Virus record (IMG/VR): IMGVR_UViG_3300026007_000036
Coordinates: 1 to 24,638 of that record
Reading direction: 5' to 3' (one strand)
Source: a virus
Taxonomy: Duplodnaviria > Caudoviricetes
DNA length: 24,638 nucleotides
Part shown: positions 16,906 through 24,539 of the stretch, one piece after another
Position numbering within the stretch: the first letter of the stretch is position 1
Layout: every line of letters begins with the position of its first letter
Translations under genes and position numbers: made by a program
Notes under the pieces: model-generated
What the model saw: the letters and a program-made list of their open reading frames with translations, nothing else
Told to the model about the DNA's origin: nothing
The model's database searches: none

Positions 16906-16925
16906 AATCATACCACGGGAGTCGA

Positions 16926-17972
16926 CTAGCCGCTGACGACCTTCATCGAGACGCTGGAGCCCGGCCGACGCATGATCGGGAGCGGGCGCGAGGAAACGAG
17001 CACCTGCTGGCTGCTCGGATCCGGCTGGCGCCAGGACTTCGAGAAACGCCGCGTGGCGATCGTGCCCTGGTCGTTGGCGTCGAGATCGGAGATCCCGCCG
17101 TAGAACATGATGTGCTGCGCGGACGGCGACACGTTCAGGAACTCGGCATACTTGGGACGGATCAGCGGGACGCTGGAACCGGCGACCTCGACCTCGCGGG
17201 TGTAGGCCCACCACTCGATGCCCATGAACGCGCCCATGAACATCGCGCCGGACTCTTGGATGTCCTGCGTGATGGTGACGGGGCCCGTGTCTAGGCGCCG
17301 GATGTCCAGCAAGCGCTGGATCTCGGTGTTGCTGAGGAACTCGTCGGCCGCCTCGGATCCGAGGATCGCGATCTGCGGGTTGAGGTTGACCGCGTCGTGC
17401 ATCGTGCGGCGCGCGAGCATGATGTCCTTCAGCGGCTCGGGCGACGCGTCGTCCCAGAACGTGCCGAGGACGATGGTGTTGCCCGCCGGCTTGTTCATGT
17501 TGATGGTGTAGGCCGCCTCGTCGGGAGTCGAGTAGGTGATGACGCCCTGGATGGCCAACGCAGCGAGATACTCCTCGGCGTTCGAGACTTCGTCGTTGAG
17601 AGCCTGGAGCTGGAGGGCGACCTCACGCGCAGCGGCTTCGGCCTGAGTCGAGCCGTCGGCGAAGATCACGTCGCCAGCGTGACGCCGGAACAGGAGGTCG
17701 CACGCTTCGAGCGGACGCCGGATCCGAATGTTCGGAGCCGTGAAGTTGACCTCTTCCTCGCTGTAGCCACCGGACAAGAGCGACTCGTGCCCCTTCTCGA
17801 CGAAGGGAGCGACCTTGCGGCCCTTCCGCTGAATGCGATAGACGATGTTCTCGGTCGGCAGCTCTCGGCGGTTGCCGAAGACGCTGTTCACGAGGAAAGA
17901 GTTGGGAGACTTGAACTCGTTCACCATCTCGGTGAGCGAATACCACTCCAGGATTTCGGGGAGGGGTGCCAT
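16926..17972 (-). CDS. Major capsid protein, lambda gpE family (348 aa)
   Basis: VAPFV, EEYLAALAIQG, WDDASPEPLKDI and C-terminal SW...DPS....LVSSRPLP signatures. Follows the decoration gene. Confidence 0.92.
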   Translation of the reverse strand: MAPLPEILEWYSLTEMVNEFKSPNSFLVNSVFGNRRELPTENIVYRIQRKGRKVAPFVEKGHESLLSGGYSEEEVNFTAPNIRIRRPLEACDLLFRRHAGDVIFADGSTQAEAAAREVALQLQALNDEVSNAEEYLAALAIQGVITYSTPDEAAYTINMNKPAGNTIVLGTFWDDASPEPLKDIMLARRTMHDAVNLNPQIAILGSEAADEFLSNTEIQRLLDIRRLDTGPVTITQDIQESGAMFMGAFMGIEWWAYTREVEVAGSSVPLIRPKYAEFLNVSPSAQHIMFYGGISDLDANDQGTIATRRFSKSWRQPDPSSQQVLVSSRPLPIMRRPGSSVSMKVVSG

Positions 17973-18017
17973 TGGGTTTTTCCTTGAGTTGGGGAGAAAC
18001 GAGGCCCTAGTCAGAGA

Positions 18018-18431
18018 CTAGAGGCTCACATCCTCCAGACCGAAGACGTTCCAGCCGCGCTTCTTGAGATCCGAGTCGCGCAGAGCGGCATCGAGATCGT
18101 TCTGCGCTTCACCGCTCGGGAGAATGACAGCGTCCCTGTGGACGTCGCCCGTGATGCCGACGACCACGAGAGTCTCCCCAGTCGCGGACGACTGGTGACG
18201 GACGGGGGATACGAAAGCTGCGAGCTTGCGACCGGCTATCTCGGCGGCTTGGTTCCAAACTTCGTAGGTGCCGGCGACGGCCGATTCGCAGATCGGGGTC
18301 ACCAACTCCAAGATGGGTGCGCCCACGATTGCCGCGAGCTTGACGGCCTTGTTGTCTTTGACAACCAGACGGACGGACGACTCGGGAAAGGGAGTGGTCG
18401 ACCCGCCCAGATCCTTGGGTTCGAGTGCCAT
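18018..18431 (-). CDS. Head decoration protein (lambda gpD-like position, 137 aa)
   Basis: Lies between protease and gpE-type capsid. C-terminal GDVHRDAVILP....DLDAALR pattern. AAGGAG RBS. Confidence 0.7.
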   Translation of the reverse strand: MALEPKDLGGSTTPFPESSVRLVVKDNKAVKLAAIVGAPILELVTPICESAVAGTYEVWNQAAEIAGRKLAAFVSPVRHQSSATGETLVVVGITGDVHRDAVILPSGEAQNDLDAALRDSDLKKRGWNVFGLEDVSL

Positions 18432-18474
18432 GATATGGCTCCTTGTGGTTTGGGGTCAGTGGGGGGAGGGTCGA

Positions 18475-18960
18475 CTAGCGACCTTGAGACTTGAGAACGC
18501 CCTGCGCGGTCTCCTTGGCGAACTTGCGGATGCGAACCTGTCGCTCGACAGCCGTCTCGTTCGTCTTGACGTCGTCGGCCGGCTGGTTGCTGGCCTTGGC
18601 CAGATCCGCAACGCGCCTGTTGGCGGCCTCGGCGTCGGCCTTAGCCTTGGTCAGCTCGTCGCTGTCGGCGGGCTTGTTCTCGGCCCTCTTCGCGATGTAG
18701 GCCTTCCACTTCTTGAGGTCGGCGGGCTTGTTGAAGTCGAGCGACGCGCGGAAGAGCTTCTCCTCGTGCGCTTCGACGTCTTCGAGATTGTCGAGGTCAC
18801 CCTCGAACTCGATCTCGACGACGGGGTCCGGGTAGGCCGGAGGGTTGGTGGGGGCGGGCTCGCTCTGAGTGTCCTGAACACTCTTGGCGATCGCTTCGAC
18901 CTTCTCGATCACAGGCGCCAGGGCCTTTTTGAGGGCTTCTGCCAGCTCGGTGGGGTTCAT
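18475..18960 (-). CDS. Putative nested in-frame scaffolding protein (161 aa)
   Basis: Internal AAGGAG-6nt-ATG (MNPTELAEAL) with the same C-rich leader as the other structural genes. Confidence 0.65.
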   Translation of the reverse strand: MNPTELAEALKKALAPVIEKVEAIAKSVQDTQSEPAPTNPPAYPDPVVEIEFEGDLDNLEDVEAHEEKLFRASLDFNKPADLKKWKAYIAKRAENKPADSDELTKAKADAEAANRRVADLAKASNQPADDVKTNETAVERQVRIRKFAKETAQGVLKSQGR

Positions 18961-19758
18961 ATCGGTCTCCTTGGAGTGGGGGGGATTGCCCAGGCGATCG
19001 GCCAGAGCTTGGGTGAAGTCGGACTTCTGCACCGACTGCACAAGAGCCGGGCCATACATGGACACGCCCGTCCACTCACCGCTTTCGAACGGTGCGCGGA
19101 GGTGGGGTGCGTTGAGTTTGATAATGGACGCCCACCAGCCTTCCAGCTCGGAGGTGTCCTCGATGACGCGCCCGTCGATAGCCACACCCTTGAAGCGGTC
19201 GTCGCCGTTCTTCTGGATGATGAAGCTCTCGCAGATGTGCGCGTCTTTGGGGTCGACGGGCTTGCAGTTGTGCATCACGTCGATGCCAGAGCCGACCATG
19301 TTCGGGATGAACTTGTGGGCGATCTTCTGCACAGCTTCTCGCGAAGCGAAGTCGCCCCAGGTGTCAACGATGTCCGGGCCGTAGACCAAGTTGTAGAGGA
19401 GTCCTTCCTTGTCGATCTTGGCGACCGCCTCGTAGCGCTGCAGAGGACGACCGTCCTTCATGATCGGCACGACGTGATTGGCACCGGCATCGACAAGCGA
19501 CAAGAAGATCATCTCGCCATCAAGGATCTCCCGCTTGGCCATGGTGGGGACGGAATGCGTGTGGCCGTCGAATCCTCCGGGTTCTGTTTGTGCGGAACCT
19601 GGACTAATCTCATGGAAGTGAGGATCGAACTCTGAACGGGACTCTTCTGTGCGAGTAGAGCCGGCCAGAATCTCATGCGTGTGCTCGTCTAACCCGTGAG
19701 GGCCCGTTAAAGCAGGTGCGATGACTTCTGTCTGCTTGCGCAGTTGGACTCGATACAT
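18475..19758 (-). CDS. XkdF-family prohead protease with C-terminal scaffold region (427 aa; alternative start 19542)
   Basis: FLSLVDAGAN, LVYGPDIVDTWGDF, AHKF, H, ESFI and GEWTGVSMYG match putative phage serine protease XkdF motifs. Charged helical C-terminus. Confidence 0.88.
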   Translation of the reverse strand: MYRVQLRKQTEVIAPALTGPHGLDEHTHEILAGSTRTEESRSEFDPHFHEISPGSAQTEPGGFDGHTHSVPTMAKREILDGEMIFLSLVDAGANHVVPIMKDGRPLQRYEAVAKIDKEGLLYNLVYGPDIVDTWGDFASREAVQKIAHKFIPNMVGSGIDVMHNCKPVDPKDAHICESFIIQKNGDDRFKGVAIDGRVIEDTSELEGWWASIIKLNAPHLRAPFESGEWTGVSMYGPALVQSVQKSDFTQALADRLGNPPHSKETDMNPTELAEALKKALAPVIEKVEAIAKSVQDTQSEPAPTNPPAYPDPVVEIEFEGDLDNLEDVEAHEEKLFRASLDFNKPADLKKWKAYIAKRAENKPADSDELTKAKADAEAANRRVADLAKASNQPADDVKTNETAVERQVRIRKFAKETAQGVLKSQGR

Positions 19759-19939
19759 GCGGGGAAGGTTTCCGAAAAACGCGGGGGCGATAGGAACGGA
19801 ACTAGGGTATACTACACCTTGCAGCGCTCGGCGTCAGTGAAAGTCTTGGATTTTCTTCTTCACCTGATAGCGCTAGCTGAAATCCCCCCAATAAAACCCA
19901 CGCGACCCACGCAGTGGACACCGCGGACCCGGAGGACCG
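19759..19939. promoter_or_regulatory. Divergent intergenic control region (181 bp)
   Basis: Lower-GC gap between oppositely oriented genes. Minus strand: CTGACG-17-TAGTAT. Plus strand: TATACT at 19808-19813. Portal RBS GGAGG. Confidence 0.5.
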
Positions 19940-21418
19940 ATGGCAGACAATCGTCGTAAGCGCCCCGCTGATTCCCAAGTCAAACAACCGCGCGCACGAC
20001 GCGCCAAGCGTGAAGAGGCAGAGGCCCAACTCCTGGAGCTGTTCCGCAGCTCGCGCGACCTGTATCCTCACCTGTCTGGCCAAGCCGACGGCGAGAGCCT
20101 GCACTCTGCAATCCTTCAGAAAGACGCCGGCACCGAAGAGCCGTCCAAACAAGGTGTCGTGTCTGGACGCAAGGCCCATCCGTTCAGGTTCGATCGAACA
20201 GTAGAGTTCAAAGCCATGAACCCGCACCACTCTGCGTGCGTGGACGCCAAGGTCATCTCGACCGTCGGCCTTGGACACGAGAACGAATCCGTGGCCGAGA
20301 AGCTCGACCCTTTGTGCGCCATTTCGTGGCAGCACACCTCGCGACAGCTCGCGGAGGATCTGGAGAACACAGGCAACGCCTACCTCGAAGTGATCCGCGA
20401 GAACCCGGGCGAAGTAAACTCTAAAATCGTAGGCCTGCATTGGATGCCTGCGCGCGACGTGTGGATCAAGATCGAGAACGCGCGCTACGACATGCACTTC
20501 GAGATCCTCGATCGTGGAGGTATGGGCGTGTCGCAAGGAGGCACCGCCGACCGGCAGTTCGCTAGGTTCGGCGATACGTGGGGGCCAAACAACTTCTTCG
20601 ACCGTCACAATGCCACCGACAAGCAGAAAGAAGTCACGTCCGAGCTGATCCACTTCATGGAGCCGAGTTCCCTGTCGCGCTTCTATGGCGTGCCGAACTG
20701 GCTCGCGGCTATCGCCTACGTCGAGCTGGCTCAGGCCATGGTGCAGCATCAGTTCGACTTCCACGTCAACCGGGGCGTGCCGGAGTTCATGCTCTTCATC
20801 CTGGGCGCACGCCTCAAGAAAGAAGACTGGGCCAAGGTGACCTCTTCGATGAAGGCACAGATCGGTAGCGGCAACAGCCACAAGTCGATCGCGCTCAACA
20901 TCGCCAACCCCGACATCCAAGTGCAGCTCGAACGTCTGGCCATGGACGCGAGCGCCGACGGTGAGATGTTCAAGAACATGCAGGAGTCCTTGTCGATGTC
21001 AGTCATCTCTGCGCACCGCGTGCCGCCCTCGCTCGCACAGATCCTAATCCCGGGCAAGATGGGTGCCTCCAACGAGATGTCGAACTCGGTGGTCACCTTC
21101 CAGGGCTTGGTCATCGGACCGAAGCAGAAGATTTTCGAGGACACGCTCTCATGCACGCTCGGCGACTCGGCACGCAGCGGAGGCCTCGGGCTCAGTCGCG
21201 ACAGCTTCGAACTCAACACCGTGGTCGATGAGATGGCGGAAGCTTTGAAGAAGCTGAACCCGATGGACACGATGGGCGGCATGCGCCAAGGGCTTGGTGA
21301 GGCTGCGCAGGAGGGCCGTGACTTGAACGCGGGCCTGCGCAAGCGCCTGGAGTCCGGTGAGTGGTCTCGCGACGACGTGGCGGCCTTCATCGACTTCATC
21401 GCTCAGCGAGTGGCGTAA
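19940..21418 (+). CDS. Portal protein, PBSX/P2-gpQ-like family (492 aa)
   Basis: HHSACVDAK, DLENTGNAYLEV, ELIHF....S.FYGVPNW and ISAHRVPP portal motifs. GGAGG RBS. Confidence 0.92.
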   Translation: MADNRRKRPADSQVKQPRARRAKREEAEAQLLELFRSSRDLYPHLSGQADGESLHSAILQKDAGTEEPSKQGVVSGRKAHPFRFDRTVEFKAMNPHHSACVDAKVISTVGLGHENESVAEKLDPLCAISWQHTSRQLAEDLENTGNAYLEVIRENPGEVNSKIVGLHWMPARDVWIKIENARYDMHFEILDRGGMGVSQGGTADRQFARFGDTWGPNNFFDRHNATDKQKEVTSELIHFMEPSSLSRFYGVPNWLAAIAYVELAQAMVQHQFDFHVNRGVPEFMLFILGARLKKEDWAKVTSSMKAQIGSGNSHKSIALNIANPDIQVQLERLAMDASADGEMFKNMQESLSMSVISAHRVPPSLAQILIPGKMGASNEMSNSVVTFQGLVIGPKQKIFEDTLSCTLGDSARSGGLGLSRDSFELNTVVDEMAEALKKLNPMDTMGGMRQGLGEAAQEGRDLNAGLRKRLESGEWSRDDVAAFIDFIAQRVA

Positions 21419-21987
21419 TGGGCCTGACCCCGTCCGAGGTCGTGCGCCGCATGTTGCTCGTCATGGCCGAGGAAGCCTTGTCACAGGCGCGCTCGAACCT
21501 ACTGCTTCTGTCCACCGACGAGCGCCGCGCTCGCGCCCTGCGCAATGACCTGCGCATTCAGGTGGTGGAAGTGGACGAAGTGAGCAGTGAAGCGCACGTC
21601 CTGACCGACTTCTACTGGGCCGTCTACTACCACGACGGGCGAGGCCCCATCCGCGCGCGCCCGGGCAAGTTCCTGGTGTTCTTCCGTGACCCGGATGACG
21701 ACCCGCGCATCAACGGGGCGGCGCGCAACTACCCCAAGCGCGCCAGCGACGTCCGCCGGCTGGACCTGACCAAAGGGGAGTTCTCTCGCCTGCTGCGCTC
21801 GGGTCGCATGGTGGCCACGAAGCGCGTCGGTGCAGCCGAGGCCCATCCCTTCTTCGAGGTGGGGTTCGCTGCACTGCAAGCACGCTACGGTCCGAAGGTC
21901 TCGGCCATCTGGTCCGAATGTGTGCGCGACTCACTCGCCGCCGACGATTTGCTCGACGGCGAGGAGACTATCACTTTCTCTCTTTGA
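21418..21987 (+). CDS. HK97-gp10-like / virion morphogenesis (neck, tail completion) protein (189 aa)
   Basis: Start moved to the ATG at 21418 (TAATG coupling with the portal). YWAVYYHDGRGPIR..PGKFLVF and HPFF motifs. Confidence 0.7.
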   Translation: MGLTPSEVVRRMLLVMAEEALSQARSNLLLLSTDERRARALRNDLRIQVVEVDEVSSEAHVLTDFYWAVYYHDGRGPIRARPGKFLVFFRDPDDDPRINGAARNYPKRASDVRRLDLTKGEFSRLLRSGRMVATKRVGAAEAHPFFEVGFAALQARYGPKVSAIWSECVRDSLAADDLLDGEETITFSL

Positions 21988-22213
21988 GCGCGTCAAGTAT
22001 CTTGGCCGCTATCTCGTCGTCTGTCCAAGAAGGGTCCGCGTCTGCTATGTCACGCACAGCGGCAATGTAAGTCGCCGTTTCCGAGGCAGCCTGTCGCGCC
22101 AAGGCTCGGACCCTCGCTGGGTCCCTCAGGAAGCGAATCCCATCTAGGAGCCCTCCGCCGGGCGGGATGGCTCTCATAGACATGATGTGAGCTTGGAGTC
22201 CCTTGACGCTCAT
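21971..22213 (-). CDS. Hypothetical protein (80 aa)
   Basis: ATGA coupling with the resolvase gene. Plausible helical product. 17-nt convergent overlap with 21418-21987. Confidence 0.6.
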   Translation of the reverse strand: MSVKGLQAHIMSMRAIPPGGGLLDGIRFLRDPARVRALARQAASETATYIAAVRDIADADPSWTDDEIAAKILDALKERK

Positions 22214-22794
22214 CGCTTTTTCACTCTAGCTGTGAGGCGAGCGTCGTAGATCGGACCGTAGGGGTCGAGAGCCCAGACAGCGAGCCCCAGTGCGTCGATG
22301 ACGTGTGATCGCATCGAGGCTGGGATGTCTTCTGCTCCAGGGATGAAGTTCTTCTCCCCCTCAGTCGAGCGCAACTCCGTGGTGATGTGGAGCCTGCTGC
22401 AGACGCGCGCTTGATGGATGTGCTTCGGCACCTGCTTCTTCCACTCGCTCGGGATGGGCGTGAACAAGTGCTCTGAGTTGAGCTGCGCAGCAGCGGCCAC
22501 ACACATGCCCGAGATGCCGGTCAGGTTGAGGATGTCGTTGGGCCGCTTCTCTGACCCCGGCCTGATGTGCTGCCATTCGACGGCGATGGCGGTCGGCTTA
22601 TAGAGACAGTTGAACGCGAACGAGATCAGCCCGAGGGCCATCTCGATCCGCCGGTCGGCTGCCTTTCTTCCCTTGGCTCGCACGAGTGCGACCTGCACGA
22701 TCTGGAAACCTCCGTTGAAAGACTGCACTGCAGCGATGCCTGTGCTTTTGGTGTCCGGATCCATACCTATCGCCAGCATCTGTTCATCACTCAT
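22210..22794 (-). CDS. RuvC-like Holliday junction resolvase (194 aa)
   Basis: IGMDPDTKSTGIA, IAVE, P.EWKK and HVIDALGLA RNase-H-fold motifs. Confidence 0.82.
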   Translation of the reverse strand: MSDEQMLAIGMDPDTKSTGIAAVQSFNGGFQIVQVALVRAKGRKAADRRIEMALGLISFAFNCLYKPTAIAVEWQHIRPGSEKRPNDILNLTGISGMCVAAAAQLNSEHLFTPIPSEWKKQVPKHIHQARVCSRLHITTELRSTEGEKNFIPGAEDIPASMRSHVIDALGLAVWALDPYGPIYDARLTARVKKR

Positions 22795-23213
22795 CCGTGC
22801 ACGTCTTCCTGGTGCACGAAGTTGGGAGCGAGGTCAAAGGCTACAGTGTAGCCTTTGACCGTGCGCTTGACAATCAAGCCATCCAACCACTCGTAGACCG
22901 GCTTCTGCAGCGCGTGCGCCAACACTAACTCAGCCTGCACTCCAGAGGAGTCCCTCCAGTCGGGCAATAGCACGATCGCATCCGCCTTGACGATGGCGTT
23001 GAAATCCCACTCGAAAGCTTCGGCGAGTGAGAACACTCCAACATTCTCGTCGTCGTCAATCGGCAGTGCTGGGTTGAAGCCTTGGGCCATGTCACGTTCA
23101 GCGGGACACAGCACATCGTGACCTTGCTCACGCAACGCCATTGCTGCAGCGAAGAAGGCCGGGAAGTTGAACAGGTGGACGCCCCGCATGGGGCCGGCGA
23201 GATAGATCCGCAT
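22791..23213 (-). CDS. DUF4406 / nucleoside 2-deoxyribosyltransferase-like protein (140 aa)
   Basis: The real start is the ATG at 23213: MRIYLAGPMRG...FNFPAF...CPAE...D..AI..ADAIVLLPDW..S.G...E. Confidence 0.85.
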   Translation of the reverse strand: MRIYLAGPMRGVHLFNFPAFFAAAMALREQGHDVLCPAERDMAQGFNPALPIDDDENVGVFSLAEAFEWDFNAIVKADAIVLLPDWRDSSGVQAELVLAHALQKPVYEWLDGLIVKRTVKGYTVAFDLAPNFVHQEDVHG

Positions 23214-23215
23214 GA

Positions 23216-23647
23216 CTACTCCTCTTTGTAGTCGCGGGTGTAAGGCGGCAAGGGCTCGGGGTAGCGCTCCAGCACTTCCCCAACCTTGTCCTGAATGTGT
23301 TGCAGCCACGCCGGATCGCTGGCCGGCGGACGGTCGTCGAGCGCGAGCTTGCCTTGCATCATGGCATCTCGCAGCACTACGAGACCTGCGATGCACTTGC
23401 TGATGTGGTGCAATCCCGAGTCTGGATCGAGGTCTTCCCCCTCCCACCACGACACAAGGTGGCGCATGGCCGCATCGAAGTAGACGCTTGCGCGCACCCC
23501 TGCGATACGGTAGTTGTGCCGACGATACTTGCACGCCCCTTCGAGCATTGCAGCGCCAACTTCGTAGAGGACTGGGAACGGGATGGTCGAGAGTGGCGCC
23601 TTCTTCGAACCGATCGCGTCCTTCGGGTTGGTGTCTTTGGTGGTCAT
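23216..23647 (-). CDS. DUF5664 dATP/dGTP diphosphohydrolase-domain protein (143 aa)
   Basis: NPKDAIGSKK.PL, GACKY..HNYR, YFDAAMRHL..W..GED.DPDSGLHH and DDRP. AAGGAG RBS. Confidence 0.9.
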   Translation of the reverse strand: MTTKDTNPKDAIGSKKAPLSTIPFPVLYEVGAAMLEGACKYRRHNYRIAGVRASVYFDAAMRHLVSWWEGEDLDPDSGLHHISKCIAGLVVLRDAMMQGKLALDDRPPASDPAWLQHIQDKVGEVLERYPEPLPPYTRDYKEE

Positions 23648-23662
23648 TTGCAGGTGGCTCCT

Positions 23663-24301
23663 TCAGAGTGAGATACCGTGACTCAGCAGCCACGGGCGAA
23701 TGTCGACGAGCGAAGTGAACAGCATGAGGTGCGGCACTGGTGTGCGCCGGCCGCGAATGGAGACAACGATCCCGATCGCCGCTCCTTTGGAGTCTACCAC
23801 AGAGCCTCCACTGTTGCCGAAGTATGCCGGGGCGCTCGCGGAGTTCTTGCCAGAGACGATCCCTTCTGTAATCACGAGGTTGCCGCCGAGCGGATAGCCT
23901 ACAGCCCACACTCGCTCGCCGAACTCCGGCATCCTCGCGCTGAGGATGACGACAGGGATGGGTCGCTTAGACCAGAAGAGAACGAGCGCCGCGTCTTGCG
24001 ACTGATGTTCGCTGAGCACCGTGCCCTTACCGATCCGCCGGTGACTGTTGCGGTTTGCTTCCCAGCCTGTCTCTGGTTGGTTGGCCACGACGTGGCGCGC
24101 AGTCAGGAAGAGGGTCTGCCAGCGACCATCCTGCAGGAGCACGCACGAGATAGGGAACGCTGAGCCAGAGCCTGCGTGCCCTGGTGCTTCGAGCTTCCAA
24201 GTGTTGCGCGCTGCGGAGCGCTGTCCGCCGGGTGCGTGGACTAACTGACCGACCAACACGGCGCAATAGAAGGTGAGAACAATAAGGGCGGCGCGTTTCA
24301 C
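23663..24301 (-). CDS. Trypsin-like (S1) serine protease with an N-terminal signal or anchor (212 aa)
   Basis: LTARHV (His), DAALV (Asp), GYP and GNSGG (Ser). N-terminus MKRAALIVLTFYCAVLVG. GGAG RBS before the GTG. Confidence 0.9.
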   Translation of the reverse strand: MKRAALIVLTFYCAVLVGQLVHAPGGQRSAARNTWKLEAPGHAGSGSAFPISCVLLQDGRWQTLFLTARHVVANQPETGWEANRNSHRRIGKGTVLSEHQSQDAALVLFWSKRPIPVVILSARMPEFGERVWAVGYPLGGNLVITEGIVSGKNSASAPAYFGNSGGSVVDSKGAAIGIVVSIRGRRTPVPHLMLFTSLVDIRPWLLSHGISL

Positions 24302-24318
24302 TGTAGGTCTCCGATGGT

Positions 24319-24357
24319 AAAAATGGAGGCCGGTCCCCTCGCCAAGGACCGGCCTCC
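24319..24357 (-). terminator. Intrinsic terminator
   Basis: Perfect 12-bp stem GGAGGCCGGTCC/GGACCGGCCTCC followed by ATTTTT. Confidence 0.8.
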
Positions 24358-24490
24358 GGCTCGACCCGTGCCGCCTGCACTCGGCTGGGGAGCTACCTCA
24401 GAAACTACTCGACGGCTCTGCCTGGGGACTGACGCCGCATTTAGAAGCGACTGTGTGTCGGCCGTCCGCGAAGCAGTTGCCGCGAGTAGT
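24319..24490 (-). ncRNA. Candidate ~170-nt structured RNA or leader, family unknown
   Basis: Bounded by an extended -10 and a terminator. Long imperfect stem ACTACTCG-CGGC/GCCG-T-CGAGTAGT with inner CTGCTT/AGGCAG and GGAC/GTCC pairings. Folded by eye only. Confidence 0.4.
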
Positions 24491-24496
24491 GTAGCA
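24488..24496 (-). promoter_or_regulatory. Extended -10 promoter candidate TGCTACACT
   Basis: TGn-TAnnnT in an intergenic position. Only a weak -35 (CTGCAC) at 17-nt spacing. Confidence 0.45.
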
Positions 24497-24539
24497 TGTT
24501 GAGACAGCATGTGCAGGCCTTTTCTCCAACGCTGTCCCG

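Noticed and set aside
18268-19635. 455-aa plus-strand ORF
   Set aside because: It is antisense to the protease and decoration genes, has no motifs, and is a typical high-GC shadow. The same applies to most other overlapping ORFs in the track.
845-19758. Gene transfer agent or tailocin interpretation
   Set aside because: A full head module, a very long tape measure and linked phage-type replication genes indicate a genuine phage. There is no sheath gene.
23214-23909. 372-aa fusion ORF ending in DUF4406
   Set aside because: The upstream part overlaps the DUF5664 and protease genes in another frame. The domain starts at its own ATG at 23213, with an upstream GGAG.
24430-24455. TTCTAAA loop resembling an amber-suppressor anticodon arm
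   Set aside because: The loop would be 8 nt, and I found no D arm, T arm (GTTCRA) or acceptor stem.
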